64,000 bases of DNA from Sphingobacteriia bacterium. GTDB lineage: Bacteria > Bacteroidota > Bacteroidia > Chitinophagales > Chitinophagaceae. Every line of letters starts with the position of its first letter. The first letter of the stretch is position 1. Below, piece by piece: positions 18,647 to 28,603 of the stretch. Location: assembly GCA_031422175.1 (NCBI GenBank), contig JANOQC010000116.1, positions 2,932 to 66,931 of the forward strand. The letters are read 5' to 3'. The notes beneath the pieces were generated by a model, which was not told the DNA's origin, did no database searches, and worked only from the letters and a program-made list of their open reading frames with translations. A program made the translations under genes and the position numbers.

Positions 18647-19969
18647 TTAATTTTTATACTTCGCCACCCTTAGCCCACTATCGGAATTTATTTGCTTCAT
18701 TATGGGTTTATATAAGCCACCATTGGGTTGTGGCAGCAAAATTGTTCCTGGTAAAAACAAAAAGCTTTCGGGTGGTGGTGGCGGCACTGTTGGTATTGGT
18801 GTTCTTTCAATTACGGGCGCGTTATTTTGAGTTGAGTTGCTATTAATTGATTCAGCAGTATTGCTATTTGAATTTGCATTAGCGGGTGTTGAGCCAGCGG
18901 TAGTTGTGTTTGAAGAAGCAACTATCGGCTTTTCTTCATAAGCTACTCCAGTAATAAATTGTTGCAAAACACCCATTTGTGGCCGATCGGTTTGTGCCAA
19001 TGGATAAACCGATAATGGATTACCACTCCATCTTTTTCCTGAAGCCCAATAATTAGCAGCAACATTATTATAATTGAGGTAACGAAGAAAATTTTCCATC
19101 AATTTCAACCATCGAGGATCGGTATCTGGTGCACCAAATGCACCTACTATTCCTTTTTTATTATTGTCTTTTAACCAATTTACAAATGGCATGACTCTTT
19201 TTATTCCTGTACTATCTTCCACTTTACTTTGTTCATAGGAATAGAGGTATTTACCGGTGAAATCTAGGTCGAAAAAGCAATGTGCATTGTAAATAATCTT
19301 ATCAGAGGGGTCTTTTAAATTTTTAAGATTATCGCTGTATTCCTTCCAGCTTTCCGATGCTGCATAATTTTCGCCAGCAATAATAATATAGTTTCTTTTA
19401 TCTGCTTCTCTGATAGAATTAATGGCCTGTTGCGCTGTAGTAAACCAATCAAATCCTTGCATTTCATGCGGCTCGGTCATAATTTCATAGCCGTAAATAT
19501 TTTGATATCCCGAAAATGCATTCACCAATCTATTCCATACATCTGCATAGTCTGCCCTGCTTACCGAAAAGGAGCCAATCAAATAATCAATTCCATATTT
19601 TCTGTACCTACCCAAATTATGCATGCTTATAATCACTTGCATACCTTTATTAGAACACCAAGTAACTACTTTCTTCATTTCACCGATCTCCTGAAAATCC
19701 AAGTCTCCTCCTAAATCTTTCTGAACACGCTCCCATCTAAATGGAATGGTTACTAGTTTAAATCCTTTTTTATAGAAATAGTCAACTTCCTCTTCGGTTG
19801 GATAGCTATAATGGTTGTTGAGTGTTCCAGGAATGTTATTCTCACCCATTTCTCCTCCACAGAGGTTAATACCAAGATTAAACCCGGTCCCCTGAGAAAA
19901 GCCAGAGCCCTGCGCTTTACTTAAAGTGATTAGTACAAAAAGAAATATAACAGTTAAAAAGCTACGCAT
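18647..19969 (-). CDS. secreted GH5-like (cellulase-fold) protein with atypical active-site residues and a Ser/Asn/Pro-rich tail
   Basis: Signal peptide present. GH5 landmarks IPFRWE, ISMHN, AHC and NYW are present. However NEP reads TEP (GYEIMTEPH), H.Y reads HCF, and the nucleophile box GEFG reads GAFG. Confidence 0.7.
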   Translation of the reverse strand: MRSFLTVIFLFVLITLSKAQGSGFSQGTGFNLGINLCGGEMGENNIPGTLNNHYSYPTEEEVDYFYKKGFKLVTIPFRWERVQKDLGGDLDFQEIGEMKKVVTWCSNKGMQVIISMHNLGRYRKYGIDYLIGSFSVSRADYADVWNRLVNAFSGYQNIYGYEIMTEPHEMQGFDWFTTAQQAINSIREADKRNYIIIAGENYAASESWKEYSDNLKNLKDPSDKIIYNAHCFFDLDFTGKYLYSYEQSKVEDSTGIKRVMPFVNWLKDNNKKGIVGAFGAPDTDPRWLKLMENFLRYLNYNNVAANYWASGKRWSGNPLSVYPLAQTDRPQMGVLQQFITGVAYEEKPIVASSNTTTAGSTPANANSNSNTAESINSNSTQNNAPVIERTPIPTVPPPPPESFLFLPGTILLPQPNGGLYKPIMKQINSDSGLRVAKYKN

Positions 19970-20147
19970 GGTCGATTTTGAGTAGATCCGTATAATTTAT
20001 AACGCAAAATCAGCCTATTTATTGAGTAGATTGTCGATATCCGTAAAAATAAGGCCCGATTTAGCCGTTTCGGCTTGAGCGAACTAATGCCTCGCGAGAA
20101 TTGTTTATTTTTGTACTTTACAATAGCATCGATAAAAATAGTCGTTT

Positions 20148-20747
20148 ATGATTCAAACAGGCAACCCGATAATCAGTATTTATACCGAAATGACACCCAA
20201 TCCAGAGACCATGAAATTTGTGGCCAATAAGTTATTGTACCCAGGTAAAAGCATAGACTTTGGGGATGAAACTTTGGCAGGACCCTCTCCTTTGGCTAAA
20301 GAGTTATTTAGTTTCCCTTTTATAAAGGCTGTGTTTATTGCAAGCAATTTTATTACGCTTACTAAAACAATTGATACCGAAGACTGGCAGGATGTAATTC
20401 CTACTATCAAAACATTTTTGAAAGAATACCTCGAAAATGGCGGAGTTGTGGTAAATGATGATGAAGTAGCAAAAGTAAAACAAGAAGCTACCAATACGGT
20501 GAGTGCTGATGATGATGATATAGTAAAAAGAGTGAAGGAATTATTAGAGAACTATGTAAAGCCGGCTGTTGAAATGGATGGTGGTGCTATTCAATTTAAA
20601 AGCTACAACGATGGAGTTGTAAACCTCATGCTGCAAGGTAGTTGTAGCGGATGCCCTTCTTCCATGATTACTTTAAAATCTGGTATAGAAGGAATGATGA
20701 AACGCATGATTCCAGAAGTAAAAGAAGTGGTTGCAGAAGCTGAATAA
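20148..20747 (+). CDS. NifU/Nfu-type Fe-S cluster scaffold protein
   Basis: Nfu_N-like N-domain and a C-terminal NifU domain with CSGCPSS. Confidence 0.85.
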   Translation: MIQTGNPIISIYTEMTPNPETMKFVANKLLYPGKSIDFGDETLAGPSPLAKELFSFPFIKAVFIASNFITLTKTIDTEDWQDVIPTIKTFLKEYLENGGVVVNDDEVAKVKQEATNTVSADDDDIVKRVKELLENYVKPAVEMDGGAIQFKSYNDGVVNLMLQGSCSGCPSSMITLKSGIEGMMKRMIPEVKEVVAEAE

Positions 20748-20753
20748 GCTATC

Positions 20754-21296
20754 ATGAATAAAGAAGCTATAGTTATTTCAATTGAGCGTGCTTATCAAAA
20801 TCTCATCAATTATATTGAAGGTTTGGATGAACGTGCTTTTTTATTGGCGGCTGAGGACAAATGGTCGGCAGGAAAGCAATTGGATCATATGATCAAAAGT
20901 GTTGCTCCTGTAAACATGGCCATGGCCTTGCCCAATTTCATTCCCGCCCTTTTATTTGGCAAAGCCAATAGGTCCTCTAAAACATATGAGGAATTAGTAG
21001 CAAAATACAAATCTAGACTAGCCGATGGAGGAAAAGCACCTGCAAAATTTGAACCTCCTTTTGTTCCTTTTGAAGACAAAAATAAATTGATCAATCGGTT
21101 GAATCAATTGGTAAAAGCATTGTGTAAAAAAATCAATCGAAGTTCAGAAGAGGATTTGGATAAAAACATTTTACCCCATCCATTACTCGGTAAACTGACT
21201 TTGCGCGAAATGCTTTATTTTACAGCATATCATGCGGCTCATCATCAAGCATCGATAGAGCAAGCGATAGCGCTGAATGAAAAACACCATTCATAA
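20754..21296 (+). CDS. DinB-family (DinB_2) four-helix-bundle protein
   Basis: 180 aa with His residues spaced as in DinB_2 (LDHMIKS ... AYHAAHHQ). Confidence 0.65.
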   Translation: MNKEAIVISIERAYQNLINYIEGLDERAFLLAAEDKWSAGKQLDHMIKSVAPVNMAMALPNFIPALLFGKANRSSKTYEELVAKYKSRLADGGKAPAKFEPPFVPFEDKNKLINRLNQLVKALCKKINRSSEEDLDKNILPHPLLGKLTLREMLYFTAYHAAHHQASIEQAIALNEKHHS

Positions 21297-22776
21297 AATA
21301 ATTATTAATTATTGGGATGCATTAATTGCGTCTTCTTTGGTATTCGTACTCATTTTGTTGTTTACGCAGCACAGCGGTATTGGAATTTCACCAGATTCAG
21401 TGCAATATCTAAGTGTTGCCAATCATATAGTAGAACGATTTTCTTTTACCGATTTTAACAACGAACCATTTGTATTGTTTCCACTTGGCTATCCTGTTTT
21501 TTTAGTCTTGATAAAAATTATTTTTCCTTTTTCGCTAACTACGTTCTTGCCAATTTTAAATGCATTGATTTTTTCTGCAATACTATTTTGTTGTTCCGCT
21601 ATTCTTAGAGAATCAATTAAAATGAATGGCCTTGCTCGATTATTGGTTTTATTGTTGATTGCATGTAGCCCTGTATTATTAGAAGTGTACACCATGATCT
21701 GGTCGGAAACTTTATTTATTTTGTTCAGCATATTTTTTGTGATGGCTGCAAAAAAATACCTGCATCAATCATCTATAGCTAACTTGTTGTTGTTAGCATG
21801 TATCGCTGCAATTGGGTTTTCGATACGTTATGTGGGAGTTGTAATTGTACTTACGGGAGTTATTTTAATATTGCTTACTCCTCATTTAAGATTTAAACAA
21901 AAATTATTGCATGGGTTATTATTTGGAGTTATTGGAAGTTCAATGGCAATGATAAACCTCTTACGAAACTCAATGGTATCAGGTACTTATACAGGTGTTC
22001 GTCAGAAAGCCATAAGAGGATTATGGGAAAATTTACAAGATGTTGGGAGAGTGATTGCGTATTGGTTGCCAATTGAAGAAGCGCAACATTATCTTGCAAT
22101 AGTACTAGTGCTTTTCTTATTGCTAACCACATTAATCTTAGTTGTTTATCATTGCATACAAGCCCAATATTATGATCGCTATTCAACCATAATTGCTTTA
22201 TTTTTTTTGGTATATATTTTTTTTATGTTGATCGCGGCATCTGTTTCTCGTTTTGAAACATTGAGTAGCAGATTATTGTCGCCAATATTTATTCCGATTA
22301 TTTTGTTGATGACTTTTTTTGTTTCTGGTTTGATGATTGGAAAAATAAAAACAGTACGTGAATTTATTGTTTTGACTTTTTTAGGGATTTATGGTTTTGT
22401 ACAATACCATCAATTCAAATTGAATATAGATACTTTGGAAGGCGTAAGCACTGCAGGAATACCGGGCTACAGTGAAAATCAATGGACCCAATCTCCCATA
22501 GTAGCTTATATTAAAAATGATGTGAAAAAATATCAGTCCATTGTTTTTACCAACGCCAATGATGCATTGTATTATTTAACCGGAATTAATACAGTAGCAT
22601 TACCGCATAAAGACATCCCAAAAGAAATAGCTCAATTTAAATCCAATCAGCATTTTTTCTTGATTTGGTTTTTCTATGGTGAAAACAACGATTTGATTGA
22701 TCTTGTATTTATTCTTCAACAAAAAAAACCGATTGCCAGTTGGCAATTTAAAGATGGAATTATTTACTGTTTTTGA
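21277..22776 (+). CDS. polytopic membrane protein, GT-C (ArnT/PMT-like) glycosyltransferase fold candidate
   Basis: 499 aa with about 11 hydrophobic segments, a first-loop ISPDSVQY motif and a soluble C-terminal domain. It overlaps the DinB gene by 20 nt. Confidence 0.55.
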   Translation: MKNTIHKIIINYWDALIASSLVFVLILLFTQHSGIGISPDSVQYLSVANHIVERFSFTDFNNEPFVLFPLGYPVFLVLIKIIFPFSLTTFLPILNALIFSAILFCCSAILRESIKMNGLARLLVLLLIACSPVLLEVYTMIWSETLFILFSIFFVMAAKKYLHQSSIANLLLLACIAAIGFSIRYVGVVIVLTGVILILLTPHLRFKQKLLHGLLFGVIGSSMAMINLLRNSMVSGTYTGVRQKAIRGLWENLQDVGRVIAYWLPIEEAQHYLAIVLVLFLLLTTLILVVYHCIQAQYYDRYSTIIALFFLVYIFFMLIAASVSRFETLSSRLLSPIFIPIILLMTFFVSGLMIGKIKTVREFIVLTFLGIYGFVQYHQFKLNIDTLEGVSTAGIPGYSENQWTQSPIVAYIKNDVKKYQSIVFTNANDALYYLTGINTVALPHKDIPKEIAQFKSNQHFFLIWFFYGENNDLIDLVFILQQKKPIASWQFKDGIIYCF

Positions 22777-23386
22777 TGCGTTTGTTCAAGGACTCAAAGC
22801 AACAGGCCCGATTGAATTCGTTGCTGTACTAGCAGGTATTGTATCTGTTTGGTTTAGCAGAAAGGAAAATATTTTGGTATATCCAGTGGGCCTGGTAAAT
22901 ACAATTTTTTATATCTATTTGAGTATTAAAGGAAATTTATTGGGAGAAGCCAGTGTAAATTTTTATTACTCAGTGATGAGTATTTATGGTTGGATATTAT
23001 GGTCTAAAAAAGACAAGAGCAGCGCTGCACCAGTTTTACTTATTAGTTTCAGTAATCGCAAGGAGTGGTTGCAACAATTAATATTCTTTGGCGTATTTTA
23101 TGTATTCATTTTTTCTGCACTCAGTTGGCTCAAACAATCTTTTGCACCAGAGGCCATTCCATGGGCCGATGCATTGGCCAGTGCAACGGCTTATACAGGC
23201 ATGTGGCTGATGGCCAGAAAAAAAGTAGAGAGTTGGATCTGGTGGATAGCAACAAATATTGCTTCTATTCCGTTATACTTTATCAAAGGATATGTATTTA
23301 CCAGTGTACAGTTTTTAGTACTCTTGATTTTAGCCATTGCAGGATTGATTAGCTGGCAACAAAAAGCAAAACATGCAACCCATTAA
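22754..23386 (+). CDS. pnuC: nicotinamide riboside transporter PnuC
   Basis: 7-TM protein with PnuC hallmarks (WFSRKENILVYPVGL, YGWILW, WIWWIATN). The ATG at 22754 is preferred. Confidence 0.85.
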   Translation: MELFTVFDAFVQGLKATGPIEFVAVLAGIVSVWFSRKENILVYPVGLVNTIFYIYLSIKGNLLGEASVNFYYSVMSIYGWILWSKKDKSSAAPVLLISFSNRKEWLQQLIFFGVFYVFIFSALSWLKQSFAPEAIPWADALASATAYTGMWLMARKKVESWIWWIATNIASIPLYFIKGYVFTSVQFLVLLILAIAGLISWQQKAKHATH

Positions 23387-23915
23387 AAAGATTGTGATTA
23401 TCGGGCCAGAGTCTACCGGTAAAAGTACCCTCTGTACTTTATTGGCCGATCATTACAAAACCGAATGGTGCAGTGAGTTTGCCAGAGATTATTTATTAAG
23501 CAATGGAATGGATTACAGCGCAGCAGATTTAGTATCCATTGCAAAGGGTCAGTTAGCATTGGAAGATGAAGTAACCGCAACAATCAAAAACCCTCCCTTG
23601 CTTTTTATAGATACTGATATGTATGTAATGAAAGTATGGAGCGAATATGTTTTTAGGGAATGCGATTTTTTTATTCTCGATCAAATAGTAAAAAGAAAAT
23701 ACGATCATTATTTACTCTGCAATATTGATCTGCCTTGGGTAAAAGATGAATTGCGCGAATACCCCGACGAAAAACCAAGAATTGAATTATTCAATATTTA
23801 CAAAGACTTGCTCATCAATCAATCTATTCCTTGGACCATCATTAGTGGCAATTATGAAGAGCGGCTGGCTAAGGCAATTGAAACTGTTAATGCGTTAATT
23901 GATTTCTCTTCTTAG
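23373..23915 (+). CDS. NadR-type ribosylnicotinamide kinase-like ATPase
   Basis: P-loop GPESTGKST, 180 aa. It overlaps pnuC by 14 nt, the classic pnuC partner arrangement. Confidence 0.75.
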   Translation: MQPIKKIVIIGPESTGKSTLCTLLADHYKTEWCSEFARDYLLSNGMDYSAADLVSIAKGQLALEDEVTATIKNPPLLFIDTDMYVMKVWSEYVFRECDFFILDQIVKRKYDHYLLCNIDLPWVKDELREYPDEKPRIELFNIYKDLLINQSIPWTIISGNYEERLAKAIETVNALIDFSS

Positions 23916-23931
23916 TTTTGTATATTTGATT

Positions 23932-24141
23932 ATGCCAAGAAAATTTGTAGATACCAGTATTATTGAAATACGAAATATGGAGAAGGATGGGAATATTGAC
24001 CGTTCCTTTTGGCATTCAAGTACTATTCAAGAAAGACTAAAGGCTGCTGCTACTATGATCAGTGTTGCATTTCAAGAGCCAAATTTTTTGAAACGAAAAG
24101 TTGATCGTACTTATATACAGATGAAAAAAAGGGATTTATGA
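23932..24141 (+). CDS. small hypothetical protein (69 aa) translationally coupled to the downstream nucleotidyltransferase
   Basis: The ATG at 23932 is preferred. Its stop overlaps the next start (ATGA at 24138-24141). No known motif recognised. Confidence 0.45.
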   Translation: MPRKFVDTSIIEIRNMEKDGNIDRSFWHSSTIQERLKAAATMISVAFQEPNFLKRKVDRTYIQMKKRDL

Positions 24142-24593
24142 ATTTGCTTAACGAGGATTTTCAGGATTTCATTACAGCTTTAAATAAATATGGAGTGAGA
24201 TATATTCTTGTAGGTGGATATGCTGTAGTTGTTCGAGGATATAGTAGATCTACTGGAGATATGGATGTATGGATAGAAAAGTCCGAAACAAATTATGAAT
24301 GCTTTTTAGAAGCAATACATAATTTCGGTATACCTACAGAAGCTATTCCAAAAGTTAAATTTTTTTCAACAGCATTTGATGTATTTGCGTTTGGCAAACC
24401 ACCTTATGCAATAGAAATAATGACAGCTGTTAAAGGGTTGGATTTTGAATCTACTTACAATAAAGCAACTTGGGAAGAAATTGATGGAATAAAAATAAAA
24501 GTGATTCATTTAAATCATCTTATAAAAGCCAAAAAAGCTGCTGGAAGAAACAAAGATTTAAATGATATAGAAAACTTACCTCAGGGAGACTAA
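24138..24593 (+). CDS. minimal nucleotidyltransferase (MNT-fold) protein
   Basis: The pol-beta NTase signature is VGGYAVVVRGYSRSTGDMDVWI: GG, then 12 residues, then DxD. The C-terminal motif is KAKKAAGRNKDLNDIENL. Confidence 0.65.
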   Translation: MNLLNEDFQDFITALNKYGVRYILVGGYAVVVRGYSRSTGDMDVWIEKSETNYECFLEAIHNFGIPTEAIPKVKFFSTAFDVFAFGKPPYAIEIMTAVKGLDFESTYNKATWEEIDGIKIKVIHLNHLIKAKKAAGRNKDLNDIENLPQGD

Positions 24594-24610
24594 GTTTTTG
24601 TTGCTCATAT

Positions 24611-25333
24611 CTAACGAATAATTGCTTGCAAGTCTTCATCATCTTCAATGTTTTGCATTTGATGCACGATCTGTGGATACCTCCAAGAAACCCTTCTGCT
24701 CATGGGTTTAACCGAAAACTTTTTGGGATTGGGTAAGCAGGCAATGATCATTGCCGATTCGGCACGGCTTAGTTTTTTGGCTGATTTATGAAAATAGTTT
24801 TGGGCTGCTGCTTCAATGCCAAAAATACCTGGGCCCATTTCAATTGTATTGAGATATACTTCTAAAATTCTTTTCTTGCCCCAAATCAATTCGATCATAA
24901 CTGTAAAATACAGTTCTGGTACTTTGCGAATGTACTTGGTAATATATCCTCCCTGCCAGAGAAATACATTCTTTGCCGTTTGTTGTGTAATAGTGCTGGC
25001 ACCTCCACCCAATGGTATTTTAGATTTTTTGTTTTTCTTTTTTGGCTTGAGGCTTTTCTCAATAGCATCCCAATCGAAGCCGCTATGATCGGGGTAAGAT
25101 TGATCTTCACTGGCAATAGCGGCTAATTTAACGTTATAGGAAATTTGATTCCAGGAAACATAATCTCTTTTCAACCCATAGCCAAATGCATTGCTGATTT
25201 GAGTAATGGTAATGGGCGGCATCAACCATTTACAAATAAATAAATACACTGTAGAGCTGAAAAACAAAATCAAGAATAACTTACCAATGAATCGTATGGT
25301 TCTTTGAAAAATGTTTTTGTTGCTGCTTGCCAT
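24611..25333 (-). CDS. mtgA: monofunctional biosynthetic peptidoglycan transglycosylase
   Basis: GT51 motifs ASEDQSYPDHSGFD, GASTITQQ and RKVPE, with an N-terminal TM anchor. Confidence 0.9.
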   Translation of the reverse strand: MASSNKNIFQRTIRFIGKLFLILFFSSTVYLFICKWLMPPITITQISNAFGYGLKRDYVSWNQISYNVKLAAIASEDQSYPDHSGFDWDAIEKSLKPKKKNKKSKIPLGGGASTITQQTAKNVFLWQGGYITKYIRKVPELYFTVMIELIWGKKRILEVYLNTIEMGPGIFGIEAAAQNYFHKSAKKLSRAESAMIIACLPNPKKFSVKPMSRRVSWRYPQIVHQMQNIEDDEDLQAIIR

Positions 25334-25354
25334 AAAAGAAAGTTACAATAAAAT

Positions 25355-26020
25355 TTAATGCATCTTTATCGCATCACCATAATTGAGCACACCCCATGCA
25401 AGCACAACACCAAAACCAATTAAGATTAATCCAGAAATTTTATTAATGATGCGCAAATTATGTGGTGTTAATTTTGATCGGAGTTTGCCTGCAACCGCTA
25501 CTTTGGCAATATCACTCAATAAAACAAATACCAAGCAAGTAATAAAAACGGTGAACTTATAATTCACTGGATTGGGTGTACTGGCAGCATCGCCTACAAT
25601 TGCGGCGGTCCAGGCAAACCAAAATATAAAAACACCAGGGTTTAAAATATTCATGAAATAGCCCGACAAAAAAATACCGGCTAAATCTCTTTTTCTAAAC
25701 TTCTTCTCTATTAAATTATTGTCTTGGTCGGTCGCTACTTTCTTAAAGAATAAAGTATAAATACCCACCACTACTAAAAATGCACTTCCCGTTAATGCAA
25801 TTTCCTTACTATGGTTTAATGCTGATGTAAATAGGGTAGTAAAAAAATTACAGATCAATACCAATGTAATATCACTTGCCGAAACACCGGCAACAAATGT
25901 ATATCCCGCTTTATGTCCGTTATTTACACTTTGTTTGATAATAGCAAATATGATTGGACCTACTGAAATACTGAGCAGTAATCCTAAAACCAATCCTTTT
26001 AATATGGCTGCTGTTATCAA
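25355..26020 (-). CDS. LysE/RhtB family amino-acid exporter
   Basis: 221 aa, 6 TM segments and an N-terminal GLLLSISVGPI motif typical of LysE. Confidence 0.75.
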   Translation of the reverse strand: MITAAILKGLVLGLLLSISVGPIIFAIIKQSVNNGHKAGYTFVAGVSASDITLVLICNFFTTLFTSALNHSKEIALTGSAFLVVVGIYTLFFKKVATDQDNNLIEKKFRKRDLAGIFLSGYFMNILNPGVFIFWFAWTAAIVGDAASTPNPVNYKFTVFITCLVFVLLSDIAKVAVAGKLRSKLTPHNLRIINKISGLILIGFGVVLAWGVLNYGDAIKMH

Positions 26021-26030
26021 TCAAAATAAT

Positions 26031-27581
26031 TTATGCACGAGATCGCTCGGCTTGTTTCTTAACTGGGTTGGCTAAAAAATGTTGCCAGTCTGCCAACATG
26101 GTTCCTTTTAATACTCGGGGAAATTTATGTTGTCCGCCCACTTTTCCTTTAGAACGCATAAAATCCATAAAATGTTTTTCACTCAATACTTCTAATCGAA
26201 CTTCTTTTAAAGCGCTTTTTCTTTCCACCGCATAATCATCGTTCAATTCATTCAAACATTCGTCAATATATTTTCCCAATGCAACTGAATCTACTGCATC
26301 ATCACAGGCAACATACCATTGATGTCCGAAAAAATTACCGATAGGTATTCCTGCTACTGTAAATTCTGGAATACAAATATTGAATTTTTCTCCTGCCATT
26401 TGAATGGCCTTGTTCATATTATCTACACTCAAATGCTCTCCTACCAAACTCAGGAAATGTTTGGTTCTTCCAGTAATGATAATTTCTGAACGTTCTTTAT
26501 CTACAAAACGAATGGTGTCTCCAATTAAATAACGCCATGTTCCTGCAACCGTGCTAATCAACAATGCATAATCCTTTCCCTCCTCTACTTCATGCAACAT
26601 CAATGCCTCTGGCTTTTCAATCATTTCTCCATCAGATGTAAAATTAATATCATCAAAAGGTACAAACTCTAAAAAAATATGTTCGTTGGTAACTAATCTC
26701 ATGCCTTGTGCATACTGCCGATCTTGATAAGCAATAAAACCTTCACTTGACAAATAGGTTTCAATATATGTGATGGGCTTGCCTAATAATTTTTCAAATC
26801 CTTTTTTATAGGGCTCAAAACTTACACCTCCATGCACAAAAAAAGCAAGGTTGGGCCATAGCTCATGAATATCACTGAGTTTATATTTTTCAATAATTTG
26901 CTCTAAACACAATTGAATCCAAGCGGGTACACCAACTAAGCAGCCAATATCCCATTGAGGTGCATTGTCTACAATCTCTTTGATTTTTTTATTCCAATCT
27001 TTTTGTTTGGCTGTTTTTTTTCCTGGCTTGTAAAATGGCTGAAACCAAAATGGTGCTTTCTTTACCGTAATACCACTTAGGTCTCCCGCATAATAGCCTG
27101 CACCTTTTTGTAATTCGGTACTACCGCCTAATGTTAACCATCCTCTGCTTAAGGAAGTAAAAGGGAAATTTTCATAAGACCGCAAACTCAACAATTGCTT
27201 GATCATTACAATTTTATTTCCTTTTAATAAATCGTTGGTGATAGGAATATACTTGCTAGCAGATTCACTTGTGCCACTACTTAAAGCATAGTATTTGATT
27301 TTTCCTGGCCAGCAGATGTCGGATTGCCCTTCGATGGTTTTATGCCACCATTGATCGTAGATGGTATTGTAATTAAAAGTGGGAACGAGTTCCTGAAATT
27401 TTTTACCAGGATGTTTGCTGACTAAAATATCATCAAAACGATATTGCTGCCCAAATGAAGTGAAGCGCGCTTTCTTCAATAATTTTTTCAACACTTTTAA
27501 TTGATCTCTTCGCAGGTTGTTCTGAGGCAAACGCAAAGCTTTAAGTATTGAATTAGGCAATTTAATATCAATGATAGACAT
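26031..27581 (-). CDS. GH3 (auxin-responsive promoter) family acyl-acid amido synthetase-like protein
   Basis: The SSGTS-type motif is present as LSSGTSESASKYIP, with GH3-family layout throughout. The ATG at 27581 is preferred over the TTG at 27629. Confidence 0.75.
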   Translation of the reverse strand: MSIIDIKLPNSILKALRLPQNNLRRDQLKVLKKLLKKARFTSFGQQYRFDDILVSKHPGKKFQELVPTFNYNTIYDQWWHKTIEGQSDICWPGKIKYYALSSGTSESASKYIPITNDLLKGNKIVMIKQLLSLRSYENFPFTSLSRGWLTLGGSTELQKGAGYYAGDLSGITVKKAPFWFQPFYKPGKKTAKQKDWNKKIKEIVDNAPQWDIGCLVGVPAWIQLCLEQIIEKYKLSDIHELWPNLAFFVHGGVSFEPYKKGFEKLLGKPITYIETYLSSEGFIAYQDRQYAQGMRLVTNEHIFLEFVPFDDINFTSDGEMIEKPEALMLHEVEEGKDYALLISTVAGTWRYLIGDTIRFVDKERSEIIITGRTKHFLSLVGEHLSVDNMNKAIQMAGEKFNICIPEFTVAGIPIGNFFGHQWYVACDDAVDSVALGKYIDECLNELNDDYAVERKSALKEVRLEVLSEKHFMDFMRSKGKVGGQHKFPRVLKGTMLADWQHFLANPVKKQAERSRA

Positions 27582-27673
27582 CGTTAGAACGAACAGTTTA
27601 GCAGGTACGAAACTAAAACAAATGCCCAATATTTAAGCATTCTATTCTAAATATGGGTCGAAGCGCCATTATT

Positions 27674-28525
27674 TCAGTGATTTTTTAACAATGCAATTGA
27701 TTTTAAGCCGCTAATAGCTATATTTAATAGCTTTCTAACCAGCCAATGGCTTTTTCCAACGTAATATTTATTGACAAATAAATGCATAGAAAGATAAAAA
27801 TGATATTGATAGCTGCTGCTGTTTTTATTGGTGCTTGCCCCTTTAAAATGTTGCATCACTATATTTCCCAAATAATAATTTTCAAATCCTGCATCAGTCA
27901 ATTTTTTACTGAGATCTATATCTTCTCCATACATAAAAAATTGCTCATCAAACGCACCAACCGATTTTACCAATTGGGTTCTAGCCATTAAATAGGCACC
28001 AGCAAGTATGGCTACAGGATGAACTTTGTCTTTATCTAAATTTCCCAAAGCATATTTGTTGAAAAAACCTGAGCGGGGAAAAAGATGGGCAATTCCACAC
28101 AACTTAAAAAAAGATGCCATCGGGGTAGGAAAAGACCTCTTACTCTCTGGCAAAAACTGGCCCCTTTTGTTCACCATTTGAAGTCCCAATGCCCCTACAG
28201 AAGGGTGTTTGTACAAAAAATCCAAAGACCCTTTTAATGCGTCAACTGGTAAAATTGTGTCTGGATTAAGAAATAAAACATGTGCACCTTTGCTAATGGC
28301 AATAGCCTTGTTATTGGCTTTGGAAAAGCCCTTGTTCTCTTTATTTTCAATCAAAATTATGGAAGGAAAAAGCCGTTTAACATCCGCTATTTCAGCCTCA
28401 TTGTATTCATTATCCACTACAATAATTTCACTACTAATCTCGTGAAGTGCCGTCAGCACAGATTGAATGCAGGGAATCAAATAATGATATACTTTGTAAT
28501 TCACTATGATAACAGACAGTTCCAA
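27674..28525 (-). CDS. family 2 glycosyltransferase
   Basis: N-terminal LSVIIVNYK, a DNEYNE (DxD-like) region and LNPDT, which are GT2 hallmarks. Confidence 0.8.
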   Translation of the reverse strand: MELSVIIVNYKVYHYLIPCIQSVLTALHEISSEIIVVDNEYNEAEIADVKRLFPSIILIENKENKGFSKANNKAIAISKGAHVLFLNPDTILPVDALKGSLDFLYKHPSVGALGLQMVNKRGQFLPESKRSFPTPMASFFKLCGIAHLFPRSGFFNKYALGNLDKDKVHPVAILAGAYLMARTQLVKSVGAFDEQFFMYGEDIDLSKKLTDAGFENYYLGNIVMQHFKGASTNKNSSSYQYHFYLSMHLFVNKYYVGKSHWLVRKLLNIAISGLKSIALLKNH

Positions 28526-28591
28526 ATAATCCTAATTTCGTCAAAGATGCGGAAACCTCGTTAAAAATTACTATTTCAAATCAAGTAGGGT

Positions 28592-28599
28592 TACTTTTG
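28592..28599 (+). promoter_or_regulatory. Bacteroidota -7 box candidate (TACTTTTG = TAnnTTTG)
   Basis: Exact consensus match ending 5 nt before the ATG at 28604. This would imply a near-leaderless transcript. Confidence 0.3.
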
Positions 28600-28603
28600 C
28601 CCC

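Noticed and set aside
19979-20033. 10-nt direct repeat TTGAGTAGAT, two copies about 44 nt apart, plus a small hairpin AGCCG-ttt-CGGCT upstream of the NifU gene
   Set aside because: The repeat is short and isolated, with no recognisable riboswitch or operator architecture. It is compatible with chance.
23065-23352. 95-aa ORF in an alternative frame of pnuC
   Set aside because: The PnuC frame has full-length TM architecture and family motifs. The alternative frame is Cys/Arg-rich noise.
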